A DNA stretch of 64,000 bases from Sphagnum compactum (lineage: Eukaryota), in NCBI GenBank assembly GCA_965153455.1, contig OZ234493.1:16172213-16236212 (forward strand), written 5' to 3'. Under the pieces are notes generated by a model. The model made no database searches. It worked only from the letters and a program-made list of their open reading frames with translations, and was not told the DNA's origin. Shown one piece after another: positions 13,090 through 26,636 of the stretch. The position numbers and the translations under genes were made by a program. Within the stretch, counting starts at the first letter, position 1, and each line of letters starts with the position of its first letter.

Positions 13090-13425
13090 GTAGTCTGTTT
13101 TGGTTGCTAGAAATCACTGCCCAGGCTGAGTACCAGAATCTGCAGACATCTTAGTTGTGCCAGTACTCTCTCATTTGGTTTGCTAGAAATCACTTTCGGC
13201 GGGTTGAGTAGCAGCTAGAATCTGACATGACATCTTAGTTGCCAGTAGTCTGTTGTGGTTGGCTAGCTAGAAATCAGTACTGCCAGCAGGGTGGGCCAAG
13301 TAGCAGCTAGAATCCGACATGACCAGATCTAATTAGTTGCCAGTACTAGAAGTCTGTTTTGGGTTTTGCTAGAAATCGCTGCCAGGTGGAATAGTAGAAG
13401 AATCCGACATCTTAGATGCCAGAGC
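13090..13425 (-). repeat. Degenerate tandem repeat, 4 copies of about 75-100 bp; the first copy on the minus strand is the last codons and stop of the LTP-like gene
   Basis: The + strand motifs GCTAGAAATC (about 13106, 13182, 13266, 13368) and AGAATC..GACAT..TTAG..GCCAG recur in register. Confidence 0.8.
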
Positions 13426-14434
13426 AGCAGTGGTCTTCTTCTTAGCCTTCCATCTCCTGTGCATGAAGAAAGCTGCAGATGCAATTATGGCTGCCAATGT
13501 GAGAGCCAACACGACTGCAAGCCATGTCATTGTTGTTCTGTACTCTGCCACCTTTGAAGCTGCAACACAAAATCAACAAATCATCATCACCATCATCAGC
13601 AATGAGCATCAGCAGCAGGCAGCATCATCGTCAAGAAGAAAAAGTACTCAACTCTTCGAGCACTTTGTTGAGTCTAAGTTGAGGAGCAACAACAAGGAGC
13701 AGAAGAAGAAGAAGAAGAAGAAGCTGCTGGTGGGTCACTGAGAGATGGATGAGGCTTGCTCGCAGCAACAAGAAGAAGATGGGTTACTCACCAAGGTGAG
13801 CTGGGCTACCGGCACTGGGATATGGGTCAGTCCAATCTGGAAGATTGTTTTCCCGTGGAACCATGTACTGAGGACATGTCTGGCACAACTGGGTGTTGAC
13901 GTTGCAGAGGCCGGGCATGCGCTTCTGTTGCGTGCTGTTGACAATGTTTGGTGGGTAGAAGGTGACTTTGCAGAAGCAAGCAGGCAGTACAGTGGACACA
14001 TTGGTGACGCTGCTACAACACTCGGCAGACGGCATCGCATCTTGGTTGATGAGAAAAGACAAACAAATCTCGAGCTGGTTGATGGAGCTTTGGCCGTCGA
14101 AGACAGAGCAATTCTCCAACGAAACCATTGAAGTGTTGGGAAATGAGCACGTGGGTACTAGCTCAATATCAGCAGATGTTGCAGCAGCAGCAGCAGAAGA
14201 AGAATCCAGTACTTTACGTCCACCCACGTCCGGCTGGTGCTGCTGCAGCTTCGTCTTCTCGACAGGATACACAAAAACTCCTCCTGCGCGGCCTACATCG
14301 ACTGCTTCCTCTCCCCCTGCTACCAACATCACACTCATCATCAGTGCTACCACCACAAACATCAAGGCCCGAATCTCACGAGCTCCCAATCTCATGCTTG
14401 TCGTCTTCCTCATCATCACCGCCTCTGCCTTCAT
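13369..14434 (-). CDS. nsLTP/8-cysteine-motif (LTPG/xylogen-like) domain protein with signal peptide, C-terminal transmembrane helix and short basic cytosolic tail; 2 exons, about 277 aa
   Basis: Exon 1 is 14434-13792 (donor GTGAGT) and exon 2 is 13559-13369 (acceptor TTGCAG); they join in frame (834 nt). Hydrophobic N-terminal segment ALMFVVVALMMSVMLVAG. Cys pattern C-x12-C-x14-C-x14-CC-x12-CFC-x21-C-x6-C-x2-C. TM segment TWLAVVLALTLAAIIASAAFFM is followed by HRRWKAKKK. The start Met is uncertain because several Mets lie close together. Confidence 0.8.
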
Positions 14435-15489
14435 CTTCAGTTTGTTTTCAACAGCTCAAACTCGCTCTTGAAGCATTCAGCTTGCTTCAATTGCATACAA
14501 GTGCTGCTAAGAACAACCAATCACCAGCTCCAGCTGCAGCTCACAGCTAGCTAGCACCGGCTCCAGATTCTTCCTTCACCATAACCCAAAATGCTGAAGC
14601 TCTCAAAAAAAATTCCTACAGTCCACAAAAGCAAACACTGATGGGAAACAAAACTACTCCACACCAAAGTGATGAACAAAACAAAACAAAGAAGCTGTGA
14701 ATCATGAGGAGCTCATAAAAGTGGAAAATGCAAGTTCCTCAAGATAAAAGCAAAGCTGAAGCTGAGATCATCTTCTAAGCAACAAGCTGCTGTTGTTGTT
14801 TCATCATTGAAGAAGCTCCTCCTAGAGCTCACTGCCAAGCAAAACAGAAAAAAATAGCTCTGATATTTTCTCCCTCTCTTCTTCACCAAATATTTTCACT
14901 GCAAATTTGTTGTAGTAGTTACTGTTGCAGCTCCTTCCAAGCTAGAAATATCTGAGAGGAAAGCCTGGAAAAACTACTGAAAGACTCCAAAGCTCTAGTC
15001 CAACGACATGGGCTTTATGTAACACTTGTTGGAGCTCCAATGACGCACGCGATGCACTGCACTGCACTGCACAGCACTGCAGTTTTGTTGGATGTGCTGG
15101 GTCGGTTTGCTGCAACAAGTGCTGCTGCTGCTGCAGTTGTGCAACAGGCAGGAAATGGAGTACTGTACAGCAGCAGGAGCACACAGTGCGGCTGCTGCTG
15201 CCCTGCTGGTGCCCTTTCCACGTTCAGACCGCCGGTGTTGGCCGGTTATTGATTTTTTCATACCCGCCCCGTAGGGTATTTTTTCCGGGGGGGGCGCCCC
15301 AAAACCACATTGGGTGCCGGTTAGGTTATCGGCATTTTTGGGGGTGATAACTAATGACCATCGAGTTCTCCACAGGGTAGGTTATCAAATAACCGTCTTA
15401 TAACCTTCTGTTACACTTTCCGGTTACTAGCCAGTTGTAGGGTTTTTAAGAGAATTTTTATTTTTATTTTTATTTTTATTTTTTATTTT

Positions 15490-15514
15490 GGGGGGGGGGG
15501 GGGGGGGGGGGGGG
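15490..15514. repeat. Poly-G tract (25 G) following a (TTTTTA)n run
   Basis: Directly visible in the sequence. Confidence 0.9.
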
Positions 15515-17159
15515 CTATCATGAGATTTTTTTGGTGTATTAGGACTGATAAACTACTTGGATAATAACCATGTCATCTGGATAGGTTATTAAATTTTCAA
15601 TAGCAAGTGATTAGGTTATTAGTCGGTTATAAAACAAGTCAATGAGTGATTGGTAGGTTATTAATAACCTACTTGGCAATCAGGTTGATAATTGGGTCAA
15701 AACTTAATAACCATCCAACACATGTTCCAATTTGGGTTGGGTTATTTTAAAATGTCAAACAAGTCATCTGATTCAGGTTCTGGCTTTCAATTATTGGTTA
15801 ATTTTGGATTTTATTTATTTTTATAAAAAAAACTTGTTCCAATTCTTGATTAGTAGTTTTGTTTAGGTAGGTGTATTAGTAACTAAGGTTGGATAGGTTC
15901 TGGTTAGTTTTCAGCTAGGTTTGAATTTGGACAAACTTATCATTTTTGTTTTTTTTTTTTTTTCCACTTGTTTGAAGTTGGGTGAACATGAACAAAATCA
16001 CCTCAACTCTAAAGGTGTTGTTCAAAGATTTAAGAGAAGAATTTTTTGTGATCCAACTTTTGAAAACAATCACAACACATTTGCCCCAAAAAAAACCAAT
16101 GGACAATTTTATTTTGAAAAAACATTGTAATTTACAATCTATAGACTAATTTTTGTGTTCAAAATTTGAATGTTAAAATAGAGTCAAGATTCAAGGTACG
16201 AAAGAAGTATCATCAACATTCCTCTTCAAACTCAACACACAAGCTTGAAAGAAAAAAGGTAGGTCATTTTGGATCAAACAACCTTTCACTTGGTCAAATT
16301 AGTTTGTCACACACATTGTCCTTCTATATCTTAATTCCCTAACATTCACATATTCTTATTGTCGAGTGAAATCATGCATGTACTTTAAGTTTTCACATTT
16401 TCTTAGTTTTCAACTTTCAATGTCAACATGACAAACTTCACATTTTTTTCATTGTCTCATCATTTTGAGATGCCCATCTTTAGGTTAGTGTAAAGCCCAA
16501 CAAAAGAAACAATAAGCAAATGAGGACCTCCCTTGTAACCACATTCCATTAGTTAGCTACCTCAAGTTACTACATGTTCATCAAACCTACAAATAACATA
16601 AAATAAAACAAAATTTGATGGTGTTATCATCCACCTTCAAAAGATTAATCTTACTTATACGATTTTCATTTCCTTCCATCAAGATTTCTTTTATTTCCAT
16701 GAACTATTTGCTGGTCATTCTACTCACCCAAATTACATCTAATTAGCCTTTATAGATTTGCTCAAAAAACATTTCAAGGTTTTCTATGCTTAATTGATAG
16801 CATTGTACTTTTGTGGATATATCTACAAAGCTGATTTTTATTTTACTTTTGTCTCAATATATGACCCAACAAGCCTTAGAATCTATTGAACCACAAAAGC
16901 AATGTAAACAAACTATGATTGTGAACTTTTCACCATGCAAAAGGATATTTGTGTCCATCATCACTTACTTTTCTTACTTTGTGATGATTCAATTGTTCTT
17001 TGACCATTGAGAAAACCATATCCTTATCTATCTTCATGAGGTCAAACAAAGATGTACCTTTTTAATTACTTATTGTAAAGGCAACAACTTCATTTGTAGC
17101 ATCTTGGTTCCAATTCTTATATGCATGAACCAAGAGCAAAAATAAAACATACCTATCAT

Positions 17160-18330
17160 ACTCACTTGCAATGAAATGAACTTTCCATTGACACCAAAGG
17201 TAACAAATTATTCCGATATGACAAAATTCGTTGGATTTCTATGCTTTCTTTAACAAAACTTGTATATGCAAAATATCGCACTTTAATTATGAAGATGCAT
17301 ACTAAAAGTTTAAAGAGTGAGGTGGATCTAAAGAATTTGAATGCATTGTGCAATGTTGAACTCATTTTTGGGCTCCCTTGTATCCTTCCCTTATTTGAGT
17401 GTGTGCACACATTATTCAAAGTAACACAAAACATAAATGTTTTTGTTTGTAACTTTGTGGAGTCTATCAAGTTGACCCAACAAGAGTTTCATAGATTTTA
17501 CTATGATTTGTTTGCCAAGTATGAGGATCCAAGTTTTGAAGATTTCAACTTGATTGAGGCTCTAACCAACGAAAACCTTCCCTTGAGCTAGTTTTTAGAC
17601 CTAAATGTTAGAGAGGATTCCATCTATTTGGCATTCTCATTTGCTAACCATAAATACCCTATCTACCAATCTTATGCTGATGGTCTTAGAGAAAAGCAAC
17701 TTGTCACCAAAGATGTCTTTTACCATGCCATCAACAAAGTGAAGGAAGAATGTAAAGGTGTTGTTCATGCCCTTATTGATGAGTTTCATCGACAATTCTC
17801 AACACATGAAATAATGATAATCTTGGGTGTTGTGTACCCACAATTTTGGGCTACAAATTGAAATGAAGTAGAGGAGAATTTTCACACTTATTTATTTGTC
17901 ATGAAAGCAACATTTTGTGTGCTTCACAAAGTGGGTGAAAATGGGAACATAGTGCATGTTTTCTTGTCAAATCAAGCACTTGATTTGGAGACATCTTTTT
18001 TAAAGATGACCATGTTGCATAATGTTAAAGCAATTTTGCGAAAAGAAAACCACTTCAACCTTCTTACAAAGCTTTGGCGCAAAGTTTCTACATCTTCCAT
18101 ATTCAACCATAAGTTCTTGAAATTTATCAAAGTGATTGATATTGCCATTATCTAGGTGTTTGGATCTATTGAGGATAAACAAACCTTCAAATACAGTCAA
18201 CTTCATAAAAAATAGGTTGTGGAAGAAGCTTAGCACACCCTTGGACTTATGCATCAGATTTTAAAGTCAAAGGTTTTTTACAAAGCAAAGTTTTCCATAT
18301 GGACAAACCATTGGTCAATGGCTTAGCACA
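17160..18330 (+). mobile_element. Decayed hAT-superfamily transposase (C-terminal part including the dimerisation domain)
   Basis: Consecutive same-strand ORF fragments (17241-17591, 17628-17861, 17901-18155) are broken by stops. They end in 'IAII*VFGSIEDKQTF', matching the hAT dimerisation 'S..ER.FS' region. GGTTAT/ATAACC motif-rich subterminal-like DNA lies at about 15320-15800. Confidence 0.6.
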
Positions 18331-21300
18331 AGCTGTTAATGTGCAAATCCGTAGGTGACAACATGATGATTTAAGAGGTTGGTAGAATGCAAATATGGGT
18401 AAGGAATTAAATTTGTTTGCCATAATTTTCATCAACTATTGTTGATATAGATTTTTGAACCCCTAGGCCCCTTTCAAATCCATGCAAATGTTTAGTCTTT
18501 TTGTAGATTATAATGTCATAGCAAAGTTATGATGTATGCAATTTCTTTCTTTTTAGATTATGGTTGATTGATTTGAATGTTTTGTTTAATTTTATGTGTA
18601 CCAATTGTGTTTTCTTGTTTGCTGGAATTTGTTTCTAGATTGAATAAAGGCAAGATGTTTTGGTTGGAATTTGAAGGTTAATTAAGCTTGTCAAGCCTAA
18701 ATCTCCTTTATTAATTTTGTTCTAACATTTTTTGGTTGGTTTGTTTGCTAGATGTTTTTGCAAATTGTCTATATTTGGTTTCCAAATGGGGTGTTGGGTG
18801 AAGGTAAGGTTTGAGTTGCAATGGGTAACACCCTTTTCACGGTGGGGCTCAAATCCCCATCAAACCATTAATGATGTTTGTAATGTTGTTTTGTTTTACC
18901 ATTTGATAATTCTTTTTAAAATATAATTCAAATGTAAATACTATTTGCCAAAATGTATACCCTTTCCAATTACAAATCACCAAATGCATTTCCCTAGGCA
19001 ACTCACATTTCGCCAATGTGTTCGATTGCCCTTATTACAATTATAACCACTTTATAGATATGTGAAAATAATGAATAACCATCTTAACCATTGTTTTAAA
19101 AAAGAATATCGCCAAGTCAACTCCACTTCACACAAATACTTAGCTAACTATGTTATATTAATGATTAATTATGTAACCAACTTAGCAATTAGCTAGGCTT
19201 TTAAAAAATGGTTGATGATGAGGCTTTTTAATTATGAATCAAAAAATGAGTAATGAAAAAAAAATGTTCGTTTCTGCTCTTGAACTGTAAATCAAAATTC
19301 ACCATGAAAACGTCGCAATATTCAAGAGCCTCATAAATGAATTTCTCTTTGGTTTTTTAGTTAACCTTGACAAAGTTTCATTCAATAATTGATGCCCTAC
19401 TAGAAAGCTAATATGAATAGTTTACCTCAAAACTAACCTCCTAAGGAATGATGACCCAACACAACATCAATTCTTAGCAATAAACAATACCAAATCCTTT
19501 TTGAATTAAATTTAAGGATGATCATATTTACTATAAAGAATATAACGACCAAAGAACAATGTAATATTGGATGGGGTCCATGGCTAGACTTTTTTTGTTG
19601 GTATTTTAACTCTAAGTTTAACATCCTTCTTTTATTCAATCCATTAAATCCAATTTTTTTGGTGAATCCTTTTTAGATGTTTTCAAGATGATGAAATTTT
19701 ATTAGCAGACTTGTAGCTAATGATACCTTTTTCAAGTCTTGAATGTGCAATAACATAAAACACATTTCAATTGTCTGAGATGGGTTGAGTTTTAGGTAAT
19801 GTTTGAAGCACTAAAAAACCCCATTTTGTGGTAGTACCATCATTTGGCTTCCAAAAGTCTTGTTGTTTTGCCAACACTAACCATAATGATCCATTAATTT
19901 GCAATTGTTGAAGGTAGTTCTATACTATAAGAATAATAGTACGTAGAAACAATAGAAGTTACACAATGTTGTAACCACAACAATTCAAGCCTTCCAAGTC
20001 TATTTATTTGATGGTGAAGTTGACCACATTATGAATTCGACGATTTGCTTCATGGTGATGGTGTCCATCCTCCACCTTTTAAAAAACCAACAAAGAAAAA
20101 AAACCCAACATCAACCTTTGATAAACAAACTTACTAAAGCTAAAAAAAAGATAAACACAAACAAAAAATGCAAATAGAAAAGCAAGAATACACACCTTAC
20201 TTGTCAGGGATGATGGGCTTTGTGTGTGTGATGGACAATCGAGAGGCAATGGACAAGGTAATTTGCAAAAACACAAAACATAGAAAAGACAAACATCAAA
20301 ATGGAAAACCACATAACAAAAAAACAAGTCACAAAATGTGTGGAGCGTGGATGTAGTGTGTTGCAAAAAAATGTGCAATGCCATGGACAAGCTACAAATG
20401 CACAAAACACAAAGTGATGTAGAATACAAACAACACAATGGAAAATAATTGTAGAACACAAGGCCATGGAGGAAAGATAATGTGTGAAGGACAAAAAATA
20501 TATACAATAAAAAACCACCTAAAACAAACCCTAAAGAAAAAAGAAAACATTAAGTTTTAAGGCCTATAATTAGAATTGAAATTAAGTTATTTTGAAAAGG
20601 TCCTAACTCTATTCAAATTTAGGTTCAAGCTTTAAACCTAAAACCTAATAGGACACCTTTGGGGAGGGGGGAGGGGGTTTCTAATAGTTGTGTTCCACTT
20701 CAGTTTCAAACCCTTCAAAGGATTCAAGATAATTTCCATGAAAAGGTTGGAAAAGAACATATAGTTTTATGTAATGTTATTTGATTAGTTCTTTAAAATA
20801 TCATGGTTATATATCAAAACCAAGTCATTTGAATTTTTTTGAAACCATGGTAATGTATTATGGTAGGGCATGTTCCACCAAAAAAATGTGGCAAGCTTGA
20901 AAGGTGAATTGTTGTTTTGTTAGGTGGTAATAGGTTTTTCAAGGTCTTGTCCATAAGCATGATCAATTGTCTCGATGTTGATTCACATTTCCATCACATT
21001 TTTCATCATGGATTCACATAAAAACAAACATTAACAACACAAAAAGTTGAGCCTGTAATTGGTTAACTAGTGATCCATAAATATTTCCTATTGATTTTAG
21101 GGTTCACAGTGTGAACATGGATTTTCTATCTTTGTCTAAACACTAGCAACCAACTTTTATCTTGTCTTTTATCATTCACTTGAGTGGGATGCAATTTGTG
21201 AAAGCTATAATAGTGAATGCGCATGTTATTAAGGAACAAAACTTTTGGGATAAAATTTAACTGGTTGTTTTGTTTTGATGTGTGTGTAAATGTAGAGACC

Positions 21301-23268
21301 TTGGAGTTGGAGTTGGACTGGTGGGTAGAAGTAATCGGATGTTGAAAATCAAGTATTAAATTTTTGAACTCTATATGACAAGAGTAATCTTGAAGTCATG
21401 ATGGTGTTGTTTTGAGTGTTATGTTTGTTTAGATGTTGCACATTCAAGGGAAGAATGCCCTGGTGTGAGATTTTTCTGTTCATGCATTAGTCTTTCTAAT
21501 TTTCGCTAGCTAGAAGGAGAGATGCAAGGTGGATGGATCTAAATAGGTTCAGGGACATCAAAGGAGATGATGACATGCTTTAGGGGATAAGAGAGGGCTG
21601 ATTTGTTTGTGGCAAACATTGTTTAAGTCATGTTCATCCCAATGTGTTGGCAATGGCATTTTTGTGAAGTAACAAGGGATCGAGTACCTAGTTTATGGGA
21701 GATATGGGCATAATTTTTTTGGGTTAAAAGGAAAGTCTGGGGTGCCAATTTTCAAAGTTAAAGTTGCCTAAGACTTGTGTTGGTTAGTGTTTTCTTCGTA
21801 GTGGTTACATGGGAAGGCATAATATCATTCTTTCTTGGGATGCAATGGAAAATAGAAAAGGGAATTGTTTGTGGGTAGTTCATAAATGTTTAATGATTGC
21901 CACATCAGAAGATTGTGATAGACCAATTGAAAGGAGATCCAGAGGGATCTGATCCATCTTAAATTCTTAAGTCCAAATTTATAGTTTGCCTATACTGACT
22001 GAAGAGTGACTTTGTTACACAGATCAGCTCTAGCATTGTAACTTCTATATTACATTCATTCCTATGTTAAGTGTTCATGGCATACTGTAAGCATTCTAAC
22101 GAGTGAAGGTGTTATGCCCTTCTTTTTGGTTACAAATGGTCCCACCCAAAACAAAGCTTGGAAAGGGCCCAAATGGGACCCCAAAACCGGGTACGAAACT
22201 AAAAAAGAACCGGAATGAGAACCGGATGAGCAGGGTAGGTGCCCATGCTAATACCCGCCCAAACATGGGTAAGCTTCTTCAGAAGTACAACAGGGTAGGT
22301 AAGGTGGGTAGGTGAAAGAAAAGAGGCTTTGGTGGCAGAGTACATTACTTATGTGCAAAGTGAATAGGGAGATGATATGGAGTGCAGTGCTGCTGCTTTG
22401 TGCAGAGAGAAGTGTCATTCATTATTAACTGTCTCTTTGTTTGTGTCTTTGTCTGTACACTTGTGTCAGAAGCCAAAGGAGGTTGGTTGGTTCTTCTTCT
22501 TCTTCCTTCACTTACTATGAGAATCAGCTTTTTGACAATTTGGGGCTCTTGCCCCACAGAGGGTAGGTTACAGAGACTTCACATTAAGTGTGGAATTTTG
22601 GGGGGTGATATTATTATTATTATTATTTTGGCCTCACCTTTCAACCAATGTATGTGTGACACCTGGAGACCTACCTGTTGCCAGTAACCCACACTGGTAT
22701 ACCTACACTTGACCATGGTGAAAATCCTGAACAAAATTTGGGTTGGTATTAATCTTGTAACCCATCCTGTTCTTAGACTAAATCTCAAGGTGTCTGAGTC
22801 CAAATTAACATATTTTCTGGAGTTAAATAGAGCCTCTTATTAATGGCTATATTTAACCCAAGAATTGTTAGATTTGAACTTCCATGATGGTTTAGTTTTA
22901 GATGGGATATTTGTAATGTTTGTAAGCAAGCCAAAATTGTTTGGGGGTTTTTGGTTTTTACCAGTGTTGGGCAGGTTTCTACTTTTATGAAGAACCTCCA
23001 GTTCCAGTTCTAATTCGGGTTCCACACATTAATGGAACTGAGAATCCAATCCTGGTCCAGTTCTTCTTCAGGAAGGGAAAAAAAAAAAACCAAACCAAAC
23101 TCTGGTTCTGGTTCTAAAAACTAGACCCAGTTCCAGGTAACCCAGACTAGACCCACTTCAGACCCCCAACAGTTCCAGTCCAGTTGCAGGTGGACCCAGA
23201 CTAGAAGCCTGATTAGTAGAGGCCCCAATTGGGTGTGCAGGTAGGTACAGATGCAGATGCTATCTAAA

Positions 23269-23643
23269 AGCATCTCCAGCGGTGCTCAGTATGTGACCCT
23301 GAACAAATACTTACTTTTTCACATCCAAGTTTTAGTTATTTACTTTTGTGCAACCCTACCCATAAAACAGTGGCAACTGGGAGAGCAAATAGGTGAGGGA
23401 CTAATAGCAAACCACTTGGACCAATCAGAAACAGTGAGCAGGAGGAGTCAGATCGTTTTATGACAATCTTTCTTCTCCGCAAGCTGCAAAGCGCTGGTGC
23501 GCCGGTTACCAGCTACCGCGAAGTGTGTAATAATATAAATGCAGAGCCAAAACTGTTTTTCCTGAGCCAAACGGGGCATGTTTTCACTTTTCGTCATCCA
23601 ATTTGGTGTGCAGGGTCACATATTGAGCACCGCTGGAGATGCT
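23269..23643. mobile_element. Tourist-like (PIF/Harbinger) MITE, about 375 bp
   Basis: 33-bp terminal inverted repeats with one mismatch: AGCATCTCCAGCGGTGCTCAGTATGTGACCCTG (23269-23301) and CAGGGTCACATATTGAGCACCGCTGGAGATGCT (23611-23643). (G)AGCATCTCC termini are typical of Tourist elements. TAA lies on the left flank, but the right TSD is not intact. Confidence 0.8.
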
Positions 23644-24609
23644 AGAACCATGTTAGGACTTATTAGAACGCTCCATCATTTTTCATGACTTTTTATTTGA
23701 ACCCATCATGCAATGGCACATCCATTCTGCAATGCGCCGCCTTCTTTACCTCTCATTATTAACCAGTTGTACCTGTGTATGTCTGTGATACTACTCTTGT
23801 TTGCTAACATGGTTTGTTTCACACTTTGCAAGCTTTGATTGAATAGCACCTTCAGCTTTTTCAAATTTTATTAGGGTTGCAATTGGCATTCGAGTTGTTG
23901 TCAAACTATCAAATTTTTATGTGCAAGAAAAAGACAAAAACACACTAGGTAGGACTCTAAGTGTGCGAGGACCAATTTCTGGCGAAACTCTTCTGCCAAA
24001 TGGTGATTTTTTTTCTTCAAAATGGCAAAAGAAAGTGCTTATGGATTTTTCTACTCACCAACATTTGGGGAAAAAAAAATTCAATTCTAAGAATCACGAA
24101 AATGAAATTCTATCTTTAAGTTCCTGTAGATAGGCAAAAATATAAAATGATGATTTAGATCAGTTTCCTTTCACACTTTTAATAGCCAAATTTAATTCAT
24201 TCATCTTATGGATGATGGGCACTTTAGTTACATCACAAAAATAAATAAATAAATAACACACACACACACACACACAATGTGTTTTTTTGTGGCAAAATTT
24301 CACCACTTGGTGACCAAAATAAAGGGGTGGCTACAACTTGTATAAAGGAATTTTTTTGGAAAAAAAAGTTTTCATATTTAGAGGCCAAAAAAAACAGATT
24401 GAAATCATCATATTTAAATTATAGGTTCTTGAATGTCGTCAGTATATAATAGGGTATCAACAATATTCTACTTTTCTCTCAGACCTGTAGCCAAATTTGG
24501 CTAAATCCTCCTCTTGTGGATGATCACCAGTGCACAAGTCCCACAAAATTGAAAAAAACAAAAAAAAAAAAACAAAAACAAATAACAGAATTAAAACATA
24601 CCCTACTCT

Positions 24610-24800
24610 CTACCTTGGCAGCTTCAACACTAATTAATTATATTATTTTCAGAAATGTTGAAAATTTCACCCCAAAATATTTTTAAAATAAAATTATGAG
24701 GGGATGTATTGAAATGTTAAGAATATTTTATTTGTTGAAATGAAACTTCCAAATTTAATTAGTTAATTAATTAATTATTCAACAAACATGTGTCAAAGCT
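24610..24800 (+). repeat. Dispersed repeat copy, inverted relative to 28388-28565
   Basis: AGCTTCAACA...ATTTTATTTGTTGAAATGA...TTAATTAATT...AACATGTGT matches the reverse complement of 28388-28565. Confidence 0.65.
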
Positions 24801-26636
24801 ATGCTTGAGTTTTCCTAACTCAAGTCTACCCCGCACTACTAAATAGTACTACTACCTCCTCTTCTTCTCAGAGCTTGGTTTTCCTCATCTTTGTCTACTT
24901 ATACCATAAATAGCCTAGGGTCAATTTCCACATTGACAAAATGGATATATAATTTTTTTTAAAAAATGAATTCGTTTTTTGAATTTTTGAATTATATTAT
25001 TTTTTCATCATCTACTATAATATTGTGATATGAGTGGTGAAATTATTCAGAATGTAGGCTATGATAATTATGATGATTTCCAACATGTCAACTTCATATT
25101 TTCACAAATTTTCAGGATTATTTAATTACAAAATTTACCTTAGGGTAAGGTAATAAGAAAAAAAGTTCAACTTAAGTCATTTACTTTGAAGTTCATAGGA
25201 GGGTTTGGTATTTTATTTTTTAAATTTCTTTTTCCCTTCAATTTTTAGATGTTAGAAAAGTGGAGAATTTTTGTTGAAAAAAATACATTTTACACTTGAA
25301 ACACACTTAACCCTATAGATCCCAACATCTAATTTTGGTAACCCTTTCGGGCAGCTCGTTTAGGCTTTCAGGCCTGGGGCTAGTTTATATTAGTCTGAAT
25401 TCAGTACAATTCTAGTGCAAACAATTTTCTTGAAAATTAATTTTTTTTAAAAATAATTAATTATTTTTAAATTTAATTTTCTTACAAATAATTTAATTAT
25501 TTTTCTTTCAATGATTTTATATTATTTGAAATTTTAAAGTACTTCAAAATATATATCACTATACAGTTGATTCATGCCATTGTGGTTAAAGAAGACATAA
25601 CAACAAGTTAAAGTTTTGCAAGAACAGGCACACAATTTTCTGCTAAGGTCTTGTTGTTCACATTCCAACACATTTGTATTGAAACCCATGAAACAAAATG
25701 CTAAAACATTATTGAAATCATGTTCAAGCATATATATTATAACAAATAAATAAACAAATAATAAATAAATAAATACATAGATAAATAAATATTACTATAA
25801 TGAAAACCTATTATGATACAAAAAGACATGGAATTCAAACTCTCCAGTGCAAAATTGTTGGAGTTCCCCCCAGCAAGCTCATGTGCTTCAGACTTCTAAA
25901 TAGATAGTAGATGCAAAACCCATTAATGAGTGAGAACCCCATTAAACCCTAAACCCTAAAACAATACTTATCAATTGCAACCACCTTTGACATCTTCACC
26001 TTTCTCTGTGCCAGGGAATGTGCAGTAAAGCCAGATCTGGCTTTTTGTTTTTTTGTTTTTTTTTTTTGGAATTAAAAACTGGTCTGAAGTCTGAATAGCA
26101 GATATTTAAATATTTTTGAAAAAGAATTATTTATTGGGTGTTGCTGCATATTAAGCTGAATACTCAAGTTTTAGGGTTTGTTATTACTCATTTAATGAGG
26201 TTTCTTTAGTCTTCAATACATGAACACTTAAGGTTATAGACATCTTCTATTGATCAATGGTTTATTTTTATTTTTATTTTTTCTATTTTTTGGAGTAAGA
26301 GTAACTGTGAGCATCCCAAGGTAGATTTAGCATTTATTGAAATATTTTCACTGATAAATATTATTAAACTATTTAATAATAACACTGATAGTGAACAGCA
26401 GTTTGTATTTGTGGCAAAAAATTTCACACTTTGAGGACAACAAAAAATTGGATTATTTTTTTAAAAAGTGTAAATTTAAAAAAATTGCTAAAAATTCAGA
26501 GAAATTTATTAAACTTTGGAAAACCCTAACTGGAAAAAGAAAAAGAAAAATATTCAATTAAAAAAATTGAAAATACACTGATAGTGATGCCACAGAATAA
26601 CCAGGACAAAATGTGAAGAGGGCTGCTTTCATTGAG

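Noticed and set aside
20079..20518. Hydrophobic Cys/Phe-rich ORFs on the minus strand
   Set aside because: An artefact of a strand-biased A/C-rich low-complexity repeat.
21100..21900. LINE (non-LTR retrotransposon) C-terminal relic
   Set aside because: Only a faint 'KERC'-type resemblance, with no continuous frame or RT motif to support a call.
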